Assembly: GCA_017451735.1 (NCBI GenBank)
Contig: JAFTNU010000034.1
Span: 3,519 to 67,518 of the forward strand
Direction of reading: 5' to 3'
Length of the DNA: 64,000 bases
DNA from: Clostridia bacterium
GTDB lineage: Bacteria; Bacillota; Clostridia; Oscillospirales; CAG-272
The notes below the pieces were generated by a model. That model searched no databases. It saw nothing but the letters and a program-made list of their open reading frames with translations, and was not told where the DNA came from. Positions 37,252-46,640 of the stretch are shown piece by piece (within the stretch, counting starts at the first letter, position 1; each line of letters opens with the position of its first letter). The translations under genes were made by a program, and so were the position numbers.

Positions 37252-38142
37252 TTAAAGTACCACCATACCCACAAGTCCCGCGCCCATCAAAACACAACCA
37301 ATAATGTTGGTAACCCATAGCTTTTCTTTCAGAAAAACAAAGGAGCAAAGGACACTGAACAATAGCACACCTGCGTTATCAAAGGTATAAAGCACCGTGA
37401 TATCGATCAACGGCATGATGAAAACCAACAAATTAATGGCAAGAGCAGTAGCGATTGAGCACAATACCAGGAAAATCCCCGATTTGCGCGTTTGCTTGAA
37501 GTCTGTCACGAATTGCTTTTTCCGTTGCACAAAGCCCATAATAGCATTGATAAACGCCGATGTGGCAAAGGTAAACATGATCATTTCATTTTTGGACTCA
37601 GCCGTAGCTGCCCATCGATTTTGTTGAATATCAAACAAAACACCGTAAGCACCGTTAAAAATGAACAGACTGATGCAAAACACCCAGAACAAGAGATCGC
37701 CGGAGCCGAGCTTTTCTCCTTTTTTCTTGCTGACAAGAAAGATAGACACAACGATGACCGCTACCGAGATCCACTGCCCCAACGAAAGACGGTCACCGTA
37801 AATAAATGCCACAAATGCCGGAAGCAGAATGCCGCCGGAAAGCATGAATACCATTTGGATAGAATAAGGGCCACGCTGAGAGGCCTTGATCATGGAGGCG
37901 TTATATGCAGCCGCCACAACACCATTGATGATGCCCAGAAGTGCCACCTGCCAACAAAAATGGAACGGCAAGGAGAACAGCGCAAAAATCAAGGTGACCA
38001 GTGCGGTCGTGAGACCGCTCACCACCGAAAACACGGGCGTTGTTGCCGTGGGGGCCCCGGGATAATTATCGGTATAGACCTTGCAGAAAAAGGATTGCAT
38101 GGTATATAACAGTATCAACAATAAAATCAGTAAATAACTCAT
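37252..38142 (-). CDS. Ten-TM membrane transporter, DMT/EamA-like (tentative)
   Basis: ATG 38142 lies 6 nt after AAGGAGG. Two similar five-helix halves. The family call is from topology only. Confidence 0.5.
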   Translation of the reverse strand: MSYLLILLLILLYTMQSFFCKVYTDNYPGAPTATTPVFSVVSGLTTALVTLIFALFSLPFHFCWQVALLGIINGVVAAAYNASMIKASQRGPYSIQMVFMLSGGILLPAFVAFIYGDRLSLGQWISVAVIVVSIFLVSKKKGEKLGSGDLLFWVFCISLFIFNGAYGVLFDIQQNRWAATAESKNEMIMFTFATSAFINAIMGFVQRKKQFVTDFKQTRKSGIFLVLCSIATALAINLLVFIMPLIDITVLYTFDNAGVLLFSVLCSFVFLKEKLWVTNIIGCVLMGAGLVGMVVL

Positions 38143-38215
38143 AAAAGACCTCCTTACATTGTCTTTATTGTAACATATTTCTATTGGTTTGTAAATCAAA
38201 ATATGAATACAAAAA

Positions 38216-38262
38216 GTTTCAAAAAAGCCACTCCCGAAGTGGTATTACCACTTCGGGAGTGG
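38216..38262 (-). terminator. Intrinsic terminator
   Basis: 15-bp perfect stem CCACTCCCGAAGTGG / CCACTTCGGGAGTGG, followed on the minus strand by CTTTTTTG. Confidence 0.75.
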
Positions 38263-38266
38263 AAAG

Positions 38267-38944
38267 TCATTTTTGATCGGCTTTATTTATGTAAAATTCC
38301 TCAAAATGGCGCTCCACGTAACGGAGCATTCTCTCTTCAAAGCAACGGCGGTTTTTGTTGAAGAAGACGGATATGCGTGCACGATCGTGCTCAATATTCT
38401 TTTTCAATTCGAATAGATAATCAGCCATATCGGCATCGTCGCTGTCGTGGATGGCACGGCAAATATAACCGACTGCACGGTCATCTGCATTTGAAAAGGT
38501 GTCCAATATATTTTCGGGGTCCTTTGTTGAGAGCTCGGCCAGCATACGGTAAGCGATCAACGGCTTGAACTGCGGCTCCTCTTCCAGTCGGATGCGCAAT
38601 TTTTTAGGGATTTCCTTCCACAGGGACAAAGCATTCTCGATATATTCGGAAAGGTAGCAATCAACACTGTCGCGGATCAATTCAAAATTCAATGCGCTTT
38701 TGGGCAAGACCGTATTTCGCCGCCGATCGTAAAGGAAATAATGGATCCGTCCCCCCTTAGTACGGTGAGAAAGGTAAAGGATTACGCATCCCCCCACCAT
38801 CAGCAGAGCCACCATAACGAAAAAGAAGACACGGACACCGGTTGTTTTGACCACACTTGCAGGGATAAAAAGCAATAATGCCAGTACGGCGCACGCAGTG
38901 GCCAGATGAATGGCATGCTCGGAAAAGAACTTATTTTCTTTCAA
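38267..38944 (-). CDS. Hypothetical protein (two N-terminal TM helices plus a soluble domain)
   Basis: TTG 38944 lies 6 nt after GGAGG. Follows pcrA by 14 nt. No family recognised. Confidence 0.55.
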   Translation of the reverse strand: MKENKFFSEHAIHLATACAVLALLLFIPASVVKTTGVRVFFFVMVALLMVGGCVILYLSHRTKGGRIHYFLYDRRRNTVLPKSALNFELIRDSVDCYLSEYIENALSLWKEIPKKLRIRLEEEPQFKPLIAYRMLAELSTKDPENILDTFSNADDRAVGYICRAIHDSDDADMADYLFELKKNIEHDRARISVFFNKNRRCFEERMLRYVERHFEEFYINKADQK

Positions 38945-38958
38945 AGTGCGACCTCCGT

Positions 38959-41361
38959 TTATATTTTCTTTAATTTTGCATAAGTTGCCATGAGCTTTTT
39001 GGTACCTTTGGTATCAAAAGCGATCTCATAAAGGGTGTCAGCTCCCATCTTGGTAACCGAAAGGATCAAGCCATCTCCAAAGGTCATATGGCGTACCCGA
39101 TCACCGGCAGCAAACTGCTGCAGGGCGGCTGTTGGACGCGCCGTCGGACGCCCCACGGTAATAGGATCTTTTGCCGCGATCTGTCTGGCGGACTCCGGAG
39201 GACGATATCCGGCCACGCCTGTTGCATGTGGCCGGGGAGCGTTGTCACGGGGCATATCCAAAAGGCGATCTGGAATCTCGGTAAGGAAACGGGATGCAGG
39301 ATTGCAAGAGGTGTGTCCGTATAGCATACGGGATTTTGCGTGCATGATGTAAAGCTGATCCTTGGCACGGGTAATGGCCACATAGGCAAGACGCCGTTCC
39401 TCCTCGATCTCCTCGGGGCCTGCCATGACGGTCTGCAGCCCCGGGAATATTCCCTCTTCAAAGCCCGGCAGAAAGACGCGCGGAAACTCCAATCCCTTTG
39501 CACTGTGAATGGTCATCAATACAACGGCATCGGCATTATCATCATAACGGTCCACATCGGCAACCAAAGCGGTGTTCTGCAAAAATTCGCTGAGTGAAGG
39601 CTGATCTACGCTATCCATGTATTCCTTAACGCTGGAAATAAACTCATCCAAGTTGTCCAGCCGTTCGGCCTCCTCCTGCCCCATATCGCGGATCATCTGA
39701 CGGTAACCGGTGCGCTCCAGCACCTCATCCACAAAAGCATCCAGCTCCATGGTAGACAAAAGCTCTGTCAGCTCGTTGATCAGATTGGCAAAGGTCTTTA
39801 AGGTCTTTGCAGAACGGGAAAGCGCTACATAGGCGTCGGCACGTTCCATAACTTCAAACATGCTGAAATCCTCGTTATCAGCAATTTCGGCAATCGCATC
39901 CAGTGTCTTGTCACCGATTCCCCGACGGGGCTCGTTGATGATACGTCGCAAGCGCTCCCGATCCCGATGATTTTCAATCAACTGGAGATATGCCACGATG
40001 TCACGAATCTCTTTTCGATCCGAAAAGCGCACACCGCCAAGCATGCGGTAAGGCACGGCACTGCGGGCAAAGGCGGTTTCCAAAGCGTTGGACTGCGCAT
40101 TGGCACGGAACAGCACGGCAAAGTCGCGATAATGACACTCCCCTGCCGCCACGGCGCGCTGGACAGCATCTACGATCATACGAGCCTCGGCATTCTGATG
40201 CTCGGGATTGAGCACATGGATCTTACTCCCCTCACCACGGTCGGTGAACAGGGTTTTGCGCATTGCGTCGTCCTTGGTATTGTGAGAGATCACCGCATTG
40301 GCGGCATCCAGAATGCACTGAGTGGAGCGGTAGTTCTGCTCCAAACGGATCAGGGTTGCCGGATGGAACACCTTGGTGAATTGCAGAATATTTTCGATGG
40401 TAGCGCCGCGGAATTTATAGATACTCTGATCGTCATCGCCCACCACCATCAGGTTACGGTCCCCCCCCGACAAAAGCTCGGTCAAACGAAACTGAGCCTG
40501 GTTGGTATCCTGGTACTCGTCCACCGATACAAATCGGAATTGATTCTGATAGGAGCGCAGAATATCCTCGTGCGTGCGAAGCAGATCCACCGTACGAACA
40601 ATGATGTCGTCAAAATCCAGAGCATTGGAATCGGAAAGGCGCTTCTGATAGGCCGCATAGACCTTTTCAATCAGCTTCATGCGGTAGTCGTTCCCTGCTT
40701 CCAAAAGGAAATTCTCGGGAGAGATCAGCTTATCCTTGGCGCGGCTGATCTGGTTGAGAGCGGTTTTAACGGGCAGAACCTTTTCGTCGATATTCAGCGA
40801 AGAAAGAACCGTCTTCATGGCCTTTTTCTGATCATCGGTATCGTAAACCGTAAAGCCGGGTTGAAGCCCCGCCTCGGCGGAATAGCGGCGCAGAATGCGC
40901 ATACAGATCGAATGGAAGGTTCCTGCCCAAATGCTGCTCGGCAGATCGGGATCATCTGGGAAAGCAGCGGCAAGACGGGCTTTGATCTCATTGGCCGCTT
41001 TATTGGTAAAGGTGATGGCCAAGACACGCCAAGGCGGACAAGGATCGTTTGCAAATTCGCAAAGCAGCTCCTCCAGCTCTTTTTGAGACGGTGAGCTAAG
41101 TAACGCGGCCTCAAGAGCGGCCACATGATCCTCGGTCAGGCTTTGCGGTACCTGATCACTGTGATAGGCATTGCCATAACGAATGATGTAAGCAATGCGG
41201 CGGACAAGAACGGTGGTTTTACCGCTCCCCGCACCTGCCAGAATCAACAAAGGATCCATGATATGATAGACCGCTTCGCGTTGACGCTCGTTGAGCGAAG
41301 CGTAATAAAGATCAAACAAACCGCGCTTGGCGGTCAGATAGCGTTCTTTTAAATCCGACAT
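38959..41361 (-). CDS. pcrA: ATP-dependent DNA helicase PcrA (UvrD family)
   Basis: Walker A AGAGSGKTTVL, VDEYQDTN, and the characteristic C-terminal tail. ATG 41361 lies after AGAGAGG. Confidence 0.92.
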   Translation of the reverse strand: MSDLKERYLTAKRGLFDLYYASLNERQREAVYHIMDPLLILAGAGSGKTTVLVRRIAYIIRYGNAYHSDQVPQSLTEDHVAALEAALLSSPSQKELEELLCEFANDPCPPWRVLAITFTNKAANEIKARLAAAFPDDPDLPSSIWAGTFHSICMRILRRYSAEAGLQPGFTVYDTDDQKKAMKTVLSSLNIDEKVLPVKTALNQISRAKDKLISPENFLLEAGNDYRMKLIEKVYAAYQKRLSDSNALDFDDIIVRTVDLLRTHEDILRSYQNQFRFVSVDEYQDTNQAQFRLTELLSGGDRNLMVVGDDDQSIYKFRGATIENILQFTKVFHPATLIRLEQNYRSTQCILDAANAVISHNTKDDAMRKTLFTDRGEGSKIHVLNPEHQNAEARMIVDAVQRAVAAGECHYRDFAVLFRANAQSNALETAFARSAVPYRMLGGVRFSDRKEIRDIVAYLQLIENHRDRERLRRIINEPRRGIGDKTLDAIAEIADNEDFSMFEVMERADAYVALSRSAKTLKTFANLINELTELLSTMELDAFVDEVLERTGYRQMIRDMGQEEAERLDNLDEFISSVKEYMDSVDQPSLSEFLQNTALVADVDRYDDNADAVVLMTIHSAKGLEFPRVFLPGFEEGIFPGLQTVMAGPEEIEEERRLAYVAITRAKDQLYIMHAKSRMLYGHTSCNPASRFLTEIPDRLLDMPRDNAPRPHATGVAGYRPPESARQIAAKDPITVGRPTARPTAALQQFAAGDRVRHMTFGDGLILSVTKMGADTLYEIAFDTKGTKKLMATYAKLKKI

Positions 41362-41388
41362 AGTGAACCTCTCTTTTTCTTTCACTTT

Positions 41389-41417
41389 ATTATACTATAT
41401 TTCGCCATAAAATGCAA
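41389..41417 (-). promoter_or_regulatory. Putative sigma-A promoter of pcrA (TTGCAT-17-TATAAT)
   Basis: Minus strand has TTGCAT (41417-12), a 17-nt spacer, and TATAAT (41394-89). Confidence 0.6.
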
Positions 41418-41420
41418 CGG

Positions 41421-41459
41421 TGAGAAAAGAAAAAGGAGTCGGAATTTTTCCGACTCCTT
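41421..41459 (-). terminator. Intrinsic terminator after the Q/N-rich small ORF
   Basis: AAGGAGTCGG - 7-nt loop - CCGACTCCTT, followed on the minus strand by TTTTCTTTTCT. Confidence 0.7.
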
Positions 41460-41474
41460 GCTGCATGTTCAAAA

Positions 41475-41621
41475 TCAGTTGCGCTCGTTGTTACGCTTGT
41501 TTTCGGGGCGACCTTCGCGATTTTGGTTTTGACTCTGTCGGTTCTGGCCCTGCTGATTCTGATTGTTGCTTTGGCTCTGGTTCTGCTGATTCTGGTTCTG
41601 ATTCTGATTGCGGTTTTCCAT
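41475..41621 (-). CDS. Small Gln/Asn-rich protein (48 aa, below the ORF-track cutoff)
   Basis: My translation is MENRNQNQNQNQQNQSQSNNQNQQGQNRQSQNQNREGRPENKRNNERN. AAGGAGA lies 7 nt before the ATG. It has its own promoter-like element upstream and a terminator downstream. Confidence 0.6.
   Translation of the reverse strand: MENRNQNQNQNQQNQSQSNNQNQQGQNRQSQNQNREGRPENKRNNERN
41523..41615 (-). repeat. Imperfect hexanucleotide tandem repeat (CTGATT/CTGGTT on plus strand) encoding (N-Q)n
   Basis: Visible run ...CTGCTGATTCTGATTGTTGC...CTGGTTCTGCTGATTCTGGTTCTGATTCTGATTG... Confidence 0.6.
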
Positions 41622-41659
41622 TTTTGTGTCTCCTTATCATTTCATTCGGGGTACACGGT

Positions 41660-41690
41660 TAGTATGGAGCGCAAGCTTGAAAACTATTCA
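41660..41690 (-). promoter_or_regulatory. Forespore sigma-G-type promoter (TGAATA-18-CATACTA)
   Basis: Minus strand has TGAATA (41690-85, including the TGA stop of the upstream gene), an 18-nt spacer, and CATACTA (41666-60). Lies ~40 nt before the small-ORF ATG. Confidence 0.5.
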
Positions 41691-43073
41691 GTCATACAAA
41701 AATCTGTTTTTGATCTCGCTGTAAATATTTGACAGCAAAGAGGTAAACAGCACCGCAAAGAGAACGGCACCGCAAAAATCGAAAATCCAGGTAAACTCCA
41801 AGACATGGAGGAAACCCTCACCGGGCAATTCCTTGATGTAGTCATAAAGGAAGGAAAGCAGTCCGCTGATAAATCCGAACACGAAGCAACGGATCAATTG
41901 TCCATCAAATTCGGCAAGCAGATCTCTATGACATCTCGTCTCGAACTCGGATTCATAATGCGCCCGATATCCCGCCCATTTTTTGATAACGGCACGTAGC
42001 ATCAGCAAAAGCGAAGCAAGCAAGACCAAAAACACAAGAAATTCAACCAAAGCCATCATCCACATTTGAAAATAAGCTTGACTTGCTTCTGCGTTTTTGG
42101 CAATCTCCCCCGCGCTGTATTGATTGACAAAATCATAGGAAAAGCGACCGGAAACAGCGGAAATAATTCCATAGACGCATGCCGCCACTGCAGTACAGAT
42201 GCGATACTTACGATCTGCATCGGAGATCAGTACCCCGCCCAGGATCAGAGCGGCCGCCAGATAATCCGGGAAAATATTGCTGAAATCCAGATAAAAATCA
42301 GTGAGCAAAAAGACGCCCAATATCAGCAACAGAAAGGACCAGCCGTAACGGTGCTCTACCGCAATACCGGGATGTGCATCGTAATAGGCACGGTGCTGTT
42401 CTCCCAAGGCGACCAGCATATTCTCTTCCCGACGGAGTCTGCGATAAAATCCAAGCAATCGAATCAACCAATAAAGCCCTGCCAATGTCACCAGGATGCA
42501 GGCAAAGACACGCATCAGGCCGATATAGTCATAAATGCGATTGAAGGCAGAATCACTGTAGGAGCTGGTGGTCAACGATGTAAATTCTGGCAAAAGGCAA
42601 ACGACTTCGCGGAAAAAAAGGAAGATCAACGTCAGCCGGCTGACACCGTCGATATAGGAAACGCCGCCATAGCTGTTCCCGTACAGAGCAACACAATCAT
42701 GGGTGGTGGAAAGAGCAAGAAATCCGTCAAACAAGGCCCGCACGGCGGGGACTAAAAACATGAGCTCCAGTACAGCCGCTCCAAAGGCCGCAATGAGGAG
42801 CGAGGTGGGCTGCTCGGCTCCGCTCCCCATACCGAAGATCACCATCAAAGAAAGATTCTCCAGCACATCAACGGCTGCCACCTTGAGAAAAGCGGTACGG
42901 GCCGTTTTCATATCCGGATGAATCAAAGCAGCACGGGAAAGCCCCGCACAAATAAGTAAGCACCCAATGAAATCGGGCAGAACATCAATGACGGCAAAGT
43001 ATGGATTGAAGAAAAAGAACAAGCCGAAAAATACAAGTCCAAAGCGGATCGGGCGTGTATGGCGACGCATCAT
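41688..43073 (-). CDS. Polytopic membrane protein, family not recognised (461 aa)
   Basis: The ATGATG start overlaps the upstream stop. At least 10 hydrophobic segments. Contains an internally repeated motif (VLPDFIGCLLICAGL / IFPDYLAAALILGGV). Confidence 0.7.
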   Translation of the reverse strand: MMRRHTRPIRFGLVFFGLFFFFNPYFAVIDVLPDFIGCLLICAGLSRAALIHPDMKTARTAFLKVAAVDVLENLSLMVIFGMGSGAEQPTSLLIAAFGAAVLELMFLVPAVRALFDGFLALSTTHDCVALYGNSYGGVSYIDGVSRLTLIFLFFREVVCLLPEFTSLTTSSYSDSAFNRIYDYIGLMRVFACILVTLAGLYWLIRLLGFYRRLRREENMLVALGEQHRAYYDAHPGIAVEHRYGWSFLLLILGVFLLTDFYLDFSNIFPDYLAAALILGGVLISDADRKYRICTAVAACVYGIISAVSGRFSYDFVNQYSAGEIAKNAEASQAYFQMWMMALVEFLVFLVLLASLLLMLRAVIKKWAGYRAHYESEFETRCHRDLLAEFDGQLIRCFVFGFISGLLSFLYDYIKELPGEGFLHVLEFTWIFDFCGAVLFAVLFTSLLSNIYSEIKNRFLYD

Positions 43074-43693
43074 TTCTTATCCTCCTTTTCCCTTTTTTGT
43101 TTTTTGCTCTTTTGAGAAAGCTTATCCGGCATATTTTCTTCTCCTTCGGGACAGATGTACCGATAACATTTATAGATCAGATAGATATTCAGCAGGATAA
43201 AACAAATACGCAACAGGATCAGGGAAAGAGAAAAATATCCCTGATGCGCCATGATCCACGGGATGGGCATGCGGGCAATACCGTCAAGCAGATAGTAAGT
43301 TCCCACAAAAATAAGATTACGCCAAGCGTTTCCCTCAAGGGCGATCAATCCCAATTCCCGCGTTAATCCTGCGACAGCAAACAGGAAAAGAGCATGGAAA
43401 AGGAGCGAAAAAGCGAAGTAGCACCATTCCATTACTGTATAAAAGGTGCCCGTGAAAAAAGGAAAATAACCAAATCCCATTTGCGAAAACCCGTACAAAG
43501 CGAAATAGATCGCAAGCGGCAAAGACACAAAAGAGGCATAGAAGGTATATCGGAACCGCGGGTGGTACGGCGCCAGGTGGTAAAGCCCCATGATCATCAT
43601 GGGATACCCTGCCAGCATGGCAAAGGAAAGCGGAGAGTAAAGAGACATGACATTGGCAAAGAAGTAGCCGATCAACAACCAACCGAATCCCAT
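43070..43693 (-). CDS. Polytopic membrane protein, family not recognised (207 aa)
   Basis: ATG 43693 lies 6 nt after GGGGGAG and 31 nt after the secA stop. About six hydrophobic segments. Lys-rich C-terminus. Confidence 0.7.
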   Translation of the reverse strand: MGFGWLLIGYFFANVMSLYSPLSFAMLAGYPMMIMGLYHLAPYHPRFRYTFYASFVSLPLAIYFALYGFSQMGFGYFPFFTGTFYTVMEWCYFAFSLLFHALFLFAVAGLTRELGLIALEGNAWRNLIFVGTYYLLDGIARMPIPWIMAHQGYFSLSLILLRICFILLNIYLIYKCYRYICPEGEENMPDKLSQKSKKQKREKEDKK

Positions 43694-43724
43694 ATTTCAC
43701 TCCCCCTTCCTTTTTGATGTTCCG

Positions 43725-46484
43725 TTATGACTGTGTCCCGCCGTTTTGCGGTGCCCCACAGCATTTTTTATACTTCTTTCCACTGCCGCAGGGACAGAGA
43801 TCGTTTCTGCCGACCTTTTCCGCCTTGCGTACCACAATGGTTTTCTTTTTCTCCTGTCCCTCCTCGCCGGCAAAGCTCTCTTTTAAGGGCTTTGCAACCT
43901 GCACACGCTGGATCGTTTGCGTACGCGGAACGGCAGAAAGAATGATACGAACCGTCTCGGAACGGATCTCGGCAACCATTTCCTCAAACATATCGGCACC
44001 CTGCAGACGGTACTCGTTGACCGGATCCCTCTGGGCATAAGCTTGCAGACCGATGCTCTCCTTGAGGTCGTCCATGATGTCAATGTGCTCCATCCAGTGG
44101 CGGTCAACCGTCTGTAGCAGGATCGAGCGCTCAACCTCATGGAAAACATCTGCACCGAAAAGCTCGGCTTTACTGTCATAAACAGTCAAGGCCTTTTCAA
44201 GAATGAACCCCACCAGGTCTTTTTCCTTCCATTTTTCCTCGACCATGAGCTCGGCATTCAGGTCACCGGGCTTGAGCAGATATCCGCCGTATTGCTTCTC
44301 GATCCCCTCAAGATTCCAAAGAGCGGGATCATCCTCCGTGGCAAAGAGTGCGACCGTTTCCTCAATGGAAGTGCGCATCATGGAGCGGATGGTTCCCGAA
44401 ATATCCTCCCCGTTGAGCACCTCCAGGCGCTGACTGTAAATCAGATTGCGCTGTTGGTTCATGACATCATCATAGGTCAACACATATTTTCTGCGTTTAA
44501 AATTGTTATCCTCGATGCGCTTTTGCGCCCCCTCGATGGAATTGGAAAGAATGCGGGCGTTGATGGGCTGATCCTCGGGAAGTCCCAAACGCTCAACCAT
44601 GCCCTGCATCCGTTCACCGCCGAACAGACGCATAAGATCATCCTCAAGAGACAGGAAGAAGCGGGATTCACCCGGATCACCCTGACGGCCCGAGCGACCA
44701 CGCAGCTGATTGTCGATGCGGCGGCTCTCATGCCGCTCGGTTCCCAGAATATAAAGGCCGCCCGCCTCACGGACACGGTCTGCCTCGGGCGCGATCTGTC
44801 TCTTGAAGTGCTCGTTCAATTTCTGGAAGGTCAGACGCGCTTCACGGATCTCGTCATCATCAATATCGGCAGTACCGGTGGCCATGGCGATCAGATCCTC
44901 GGAGATCCCTTGCTTGCGCATCTCGTTTTTGGCCATGAATTCGGGGTTCCCGCCCAGCATAATATCGGTACCGCGTCCCGCCATGTTGGTAGAGATGGTC
45001 ACGGCGCCGAACTTACCCGCTTGGGCTACGATCTCAGCTTCTCTCTCATGGTGCTTGGCATTGAGCACGTTATGCTGAATGCCATGCTTTTTCAGTCGTG
45101 CCGAAAGCTCCTCTGACTTATCAACGCTGACCGTACCCACAAGGACAGGTTGTCCCTTCTTGTGACACTCCTCAATCTGTGCAATGATAGCATCATATTT
45201 TCCCTTGGTATTCTTATAGACCAGATCGTTGTGATCCAGGCGGATCATGGGCTTATTGGTGGGGACCTCCACCACATCCAGAGCATAGATTTCGCGGAAC
45301 TCCATCTCCTCGGTGAGAGCGGTACCTGTCATGCCCGAAAGCTTGTGGTACATACGGAAATAATTCTGGAAAGTAATGGTGGCAAGGGTGCGGTTCTCTT
45401 TTTGAATCTGTACCCCCTCCTTGTCCTCGATGGCCTGGTGCAAGCCGTTGGAATAGCGACGACCGGGCATAATACGGCCGGTAAAGGAATCTACGATCAT
45501 TACACCGTTCTCATTGACCACATAATCCACATCCCGCTTCATCACGCCGTAAGCATGGATGGCTTGCTTGACATGGTGAGCAATGGTGGAGTTTTCGGGA
45601 TCGTTCAGATTCTCGATACCGAAAAACTCCTCGGCGCGCTTGGCACCGCGGGGAGTCAGAATGGCGTTTCTGGCCTTTTCGTCCACCAGATAATCGGCCT
45701 CTACCTCATCGGTCTCCTCTTTGTTGTCAACCTCTTTGCGCACCTGCTTGATCATGTGACGCACCAATTCGTTGGCACGATCGTAAAGATCGGTGGATTT
45801 CTGTCCGGCGCCTGAAATGATCAAGGGAGTGCGTGCTTCATCGATCAGGATCGAGTCAACCTCGTCCACGATGGCAAAGGCGTATCCGCGTTGGACCATG
45901 TCCTTTTTATAGACCACCATGTTATCGCGCAGATAGTCAAAGCCGAACTCGTTATTGGTGCCGTAAGTGATGTCTGCGGCATAGGCCTCCTGCTTTTCGG
46001 CAGGGGTCAGACCGTGAACCACAAGGCCGGTGGAAAGCCCCATGAAGGCATAGACACGGCCCATTTCTTCGCTGTCGCGGCGCGCCAGATAGTCATTGAC
46101 GGTCACTACATGAACGCCCTCGCCCGTCAGAGCATTGAGGTAAGCGGGCATGGTGGCAACCAATGTTTTACCTTCACCTGTTTTCATTTCGGCAATGCGG
46201 CCCTGGTGCAGAATGATGCCGCCCAAAAGCTGCACATAGAAAGGACGCTTGCCCAGCACGCGGTCATCCGCCTCGCGCACGGCGGCAAAGGCATCGCACA
46301 GAATATCGTCCAATGTTTCGCCGTTTTTCAATCTTGCCTTCAGATCTACCGTAACATGAGCAAGCTCTTCGTTACTCATTTCGGCATATTTGGGGGCAAG
46401 TGCCTCAATGGCGTTGGCAACTTTTTTCAGCTTTTTGATCTGACGGTCACTGTAGGAACCGAAAATTTTGCGGAAAAGTCCCAT
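43725..46484 (-). CDS. secA: Preprotein translocase ATPase SecA
   Basis: MKTGEGKTLVATMPAYLNAL, DEVDSILIDEARTPLIISG, and the C-terminal zinc motif CPCGSGKKYKKCCG. ATG 46484 follows GGAGGAA. Confidence 0.95.
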   Translation of the reverse strand: MGLFRKIFGSYSDRQIKKLKKVANAIEALAPKYAEMSNEELAHVTVDLKARLKNGETLDDILCDAFAAVREADDRVLGKRPFYVQLLGGIILHQGRIAEMKTGEGKTLVATMPAYLNALTGEGVHVVTVNDYLARRDSEEMGRVYAFMGLSTGLVVHGLTPAEKQEAYAADITYGTNNEFGFDYLRDNMVVYKKDMVQRGYAFAIVDEVDSILIDEARTPLIISGAGQKSTDLYDRANELVRHMIKQVRKEVDNKEETDEVEADYLVDEKARNAILTPRGAKRAEEFFGIENLNDPENSTIAHHVKQAIHAYGVMKRDVDYVVNENGVMIVDSFTGRIMPGRRYSNGLHQAIEDKEGVQIQKENRTLATITFQNYFRMYHKLSGMTGTALTEEMEFREIYALDVVEVPTNKPMIRLDHNDLVYKNTKGKYDAIIAQIEECHKKGQPVLVGTVSVDKSEELSARLKKHGIQHNVLNAKHHEREAEIVAQAGKFGAVTISTNMAGRGTDIMLGGNPEFMAKNEMRKQGISEDLIAMATGTADIDDDEIREARLTFQKLNEHFKRQIAPEADRVREAGGLYILGTERHESRRIDNQLRGRSGRQGDPGESRFFLSLEDDLMRLFGGERMQGMVERLGLPEDQPINARILSNSIEGAQKRIEDNNFKRRKYVLTYDDVMNQQRNLIYSQRLEVLNGEDISGTIRSMMRTSIEETVALFATEDDPALWNLEGIEKQYGGYLLKPGDLNAELMVEEKWKEKDLVGFILEKALTVYDSKAELFGADVFHEVERSILLQTVDRHWMEHIDIMDDLKESIGLQAYAQRDPVNEYRLQGADMFEEMVAEIRSETVRIILSAVPRTQTIQRVQVAKPLKESFAGEEGQEKKKTIVVRKAEKVGRNDLCPCGSGKKYKKCCGAPQNGGTQS

Positions 46485-46584
46485 GGAATTCCTCCGAAAT
46501 CTCAATAATTATATCTATTATACTACATATAAGAGAAAAATGCTATATCTGCGCAAAAAAATTTGCAATTTGTTTTCCGATCTC

Positions 46585-46613
46585 TTGCGCGAAATGCCCA
46601 AATCGGCTATAAT
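46585..46613 (+). promoter_or_regulatory. Putative sigma-A promoter of trmL-mnmA (TTGCGC-17-TATAAT)
   Basis: -35 at 46585-90 and -10 at 46608-13. Confidence 0.5.
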
Positions 46614-46640
46614 AGAGACAGCAAGACTCGGAGGAATATT

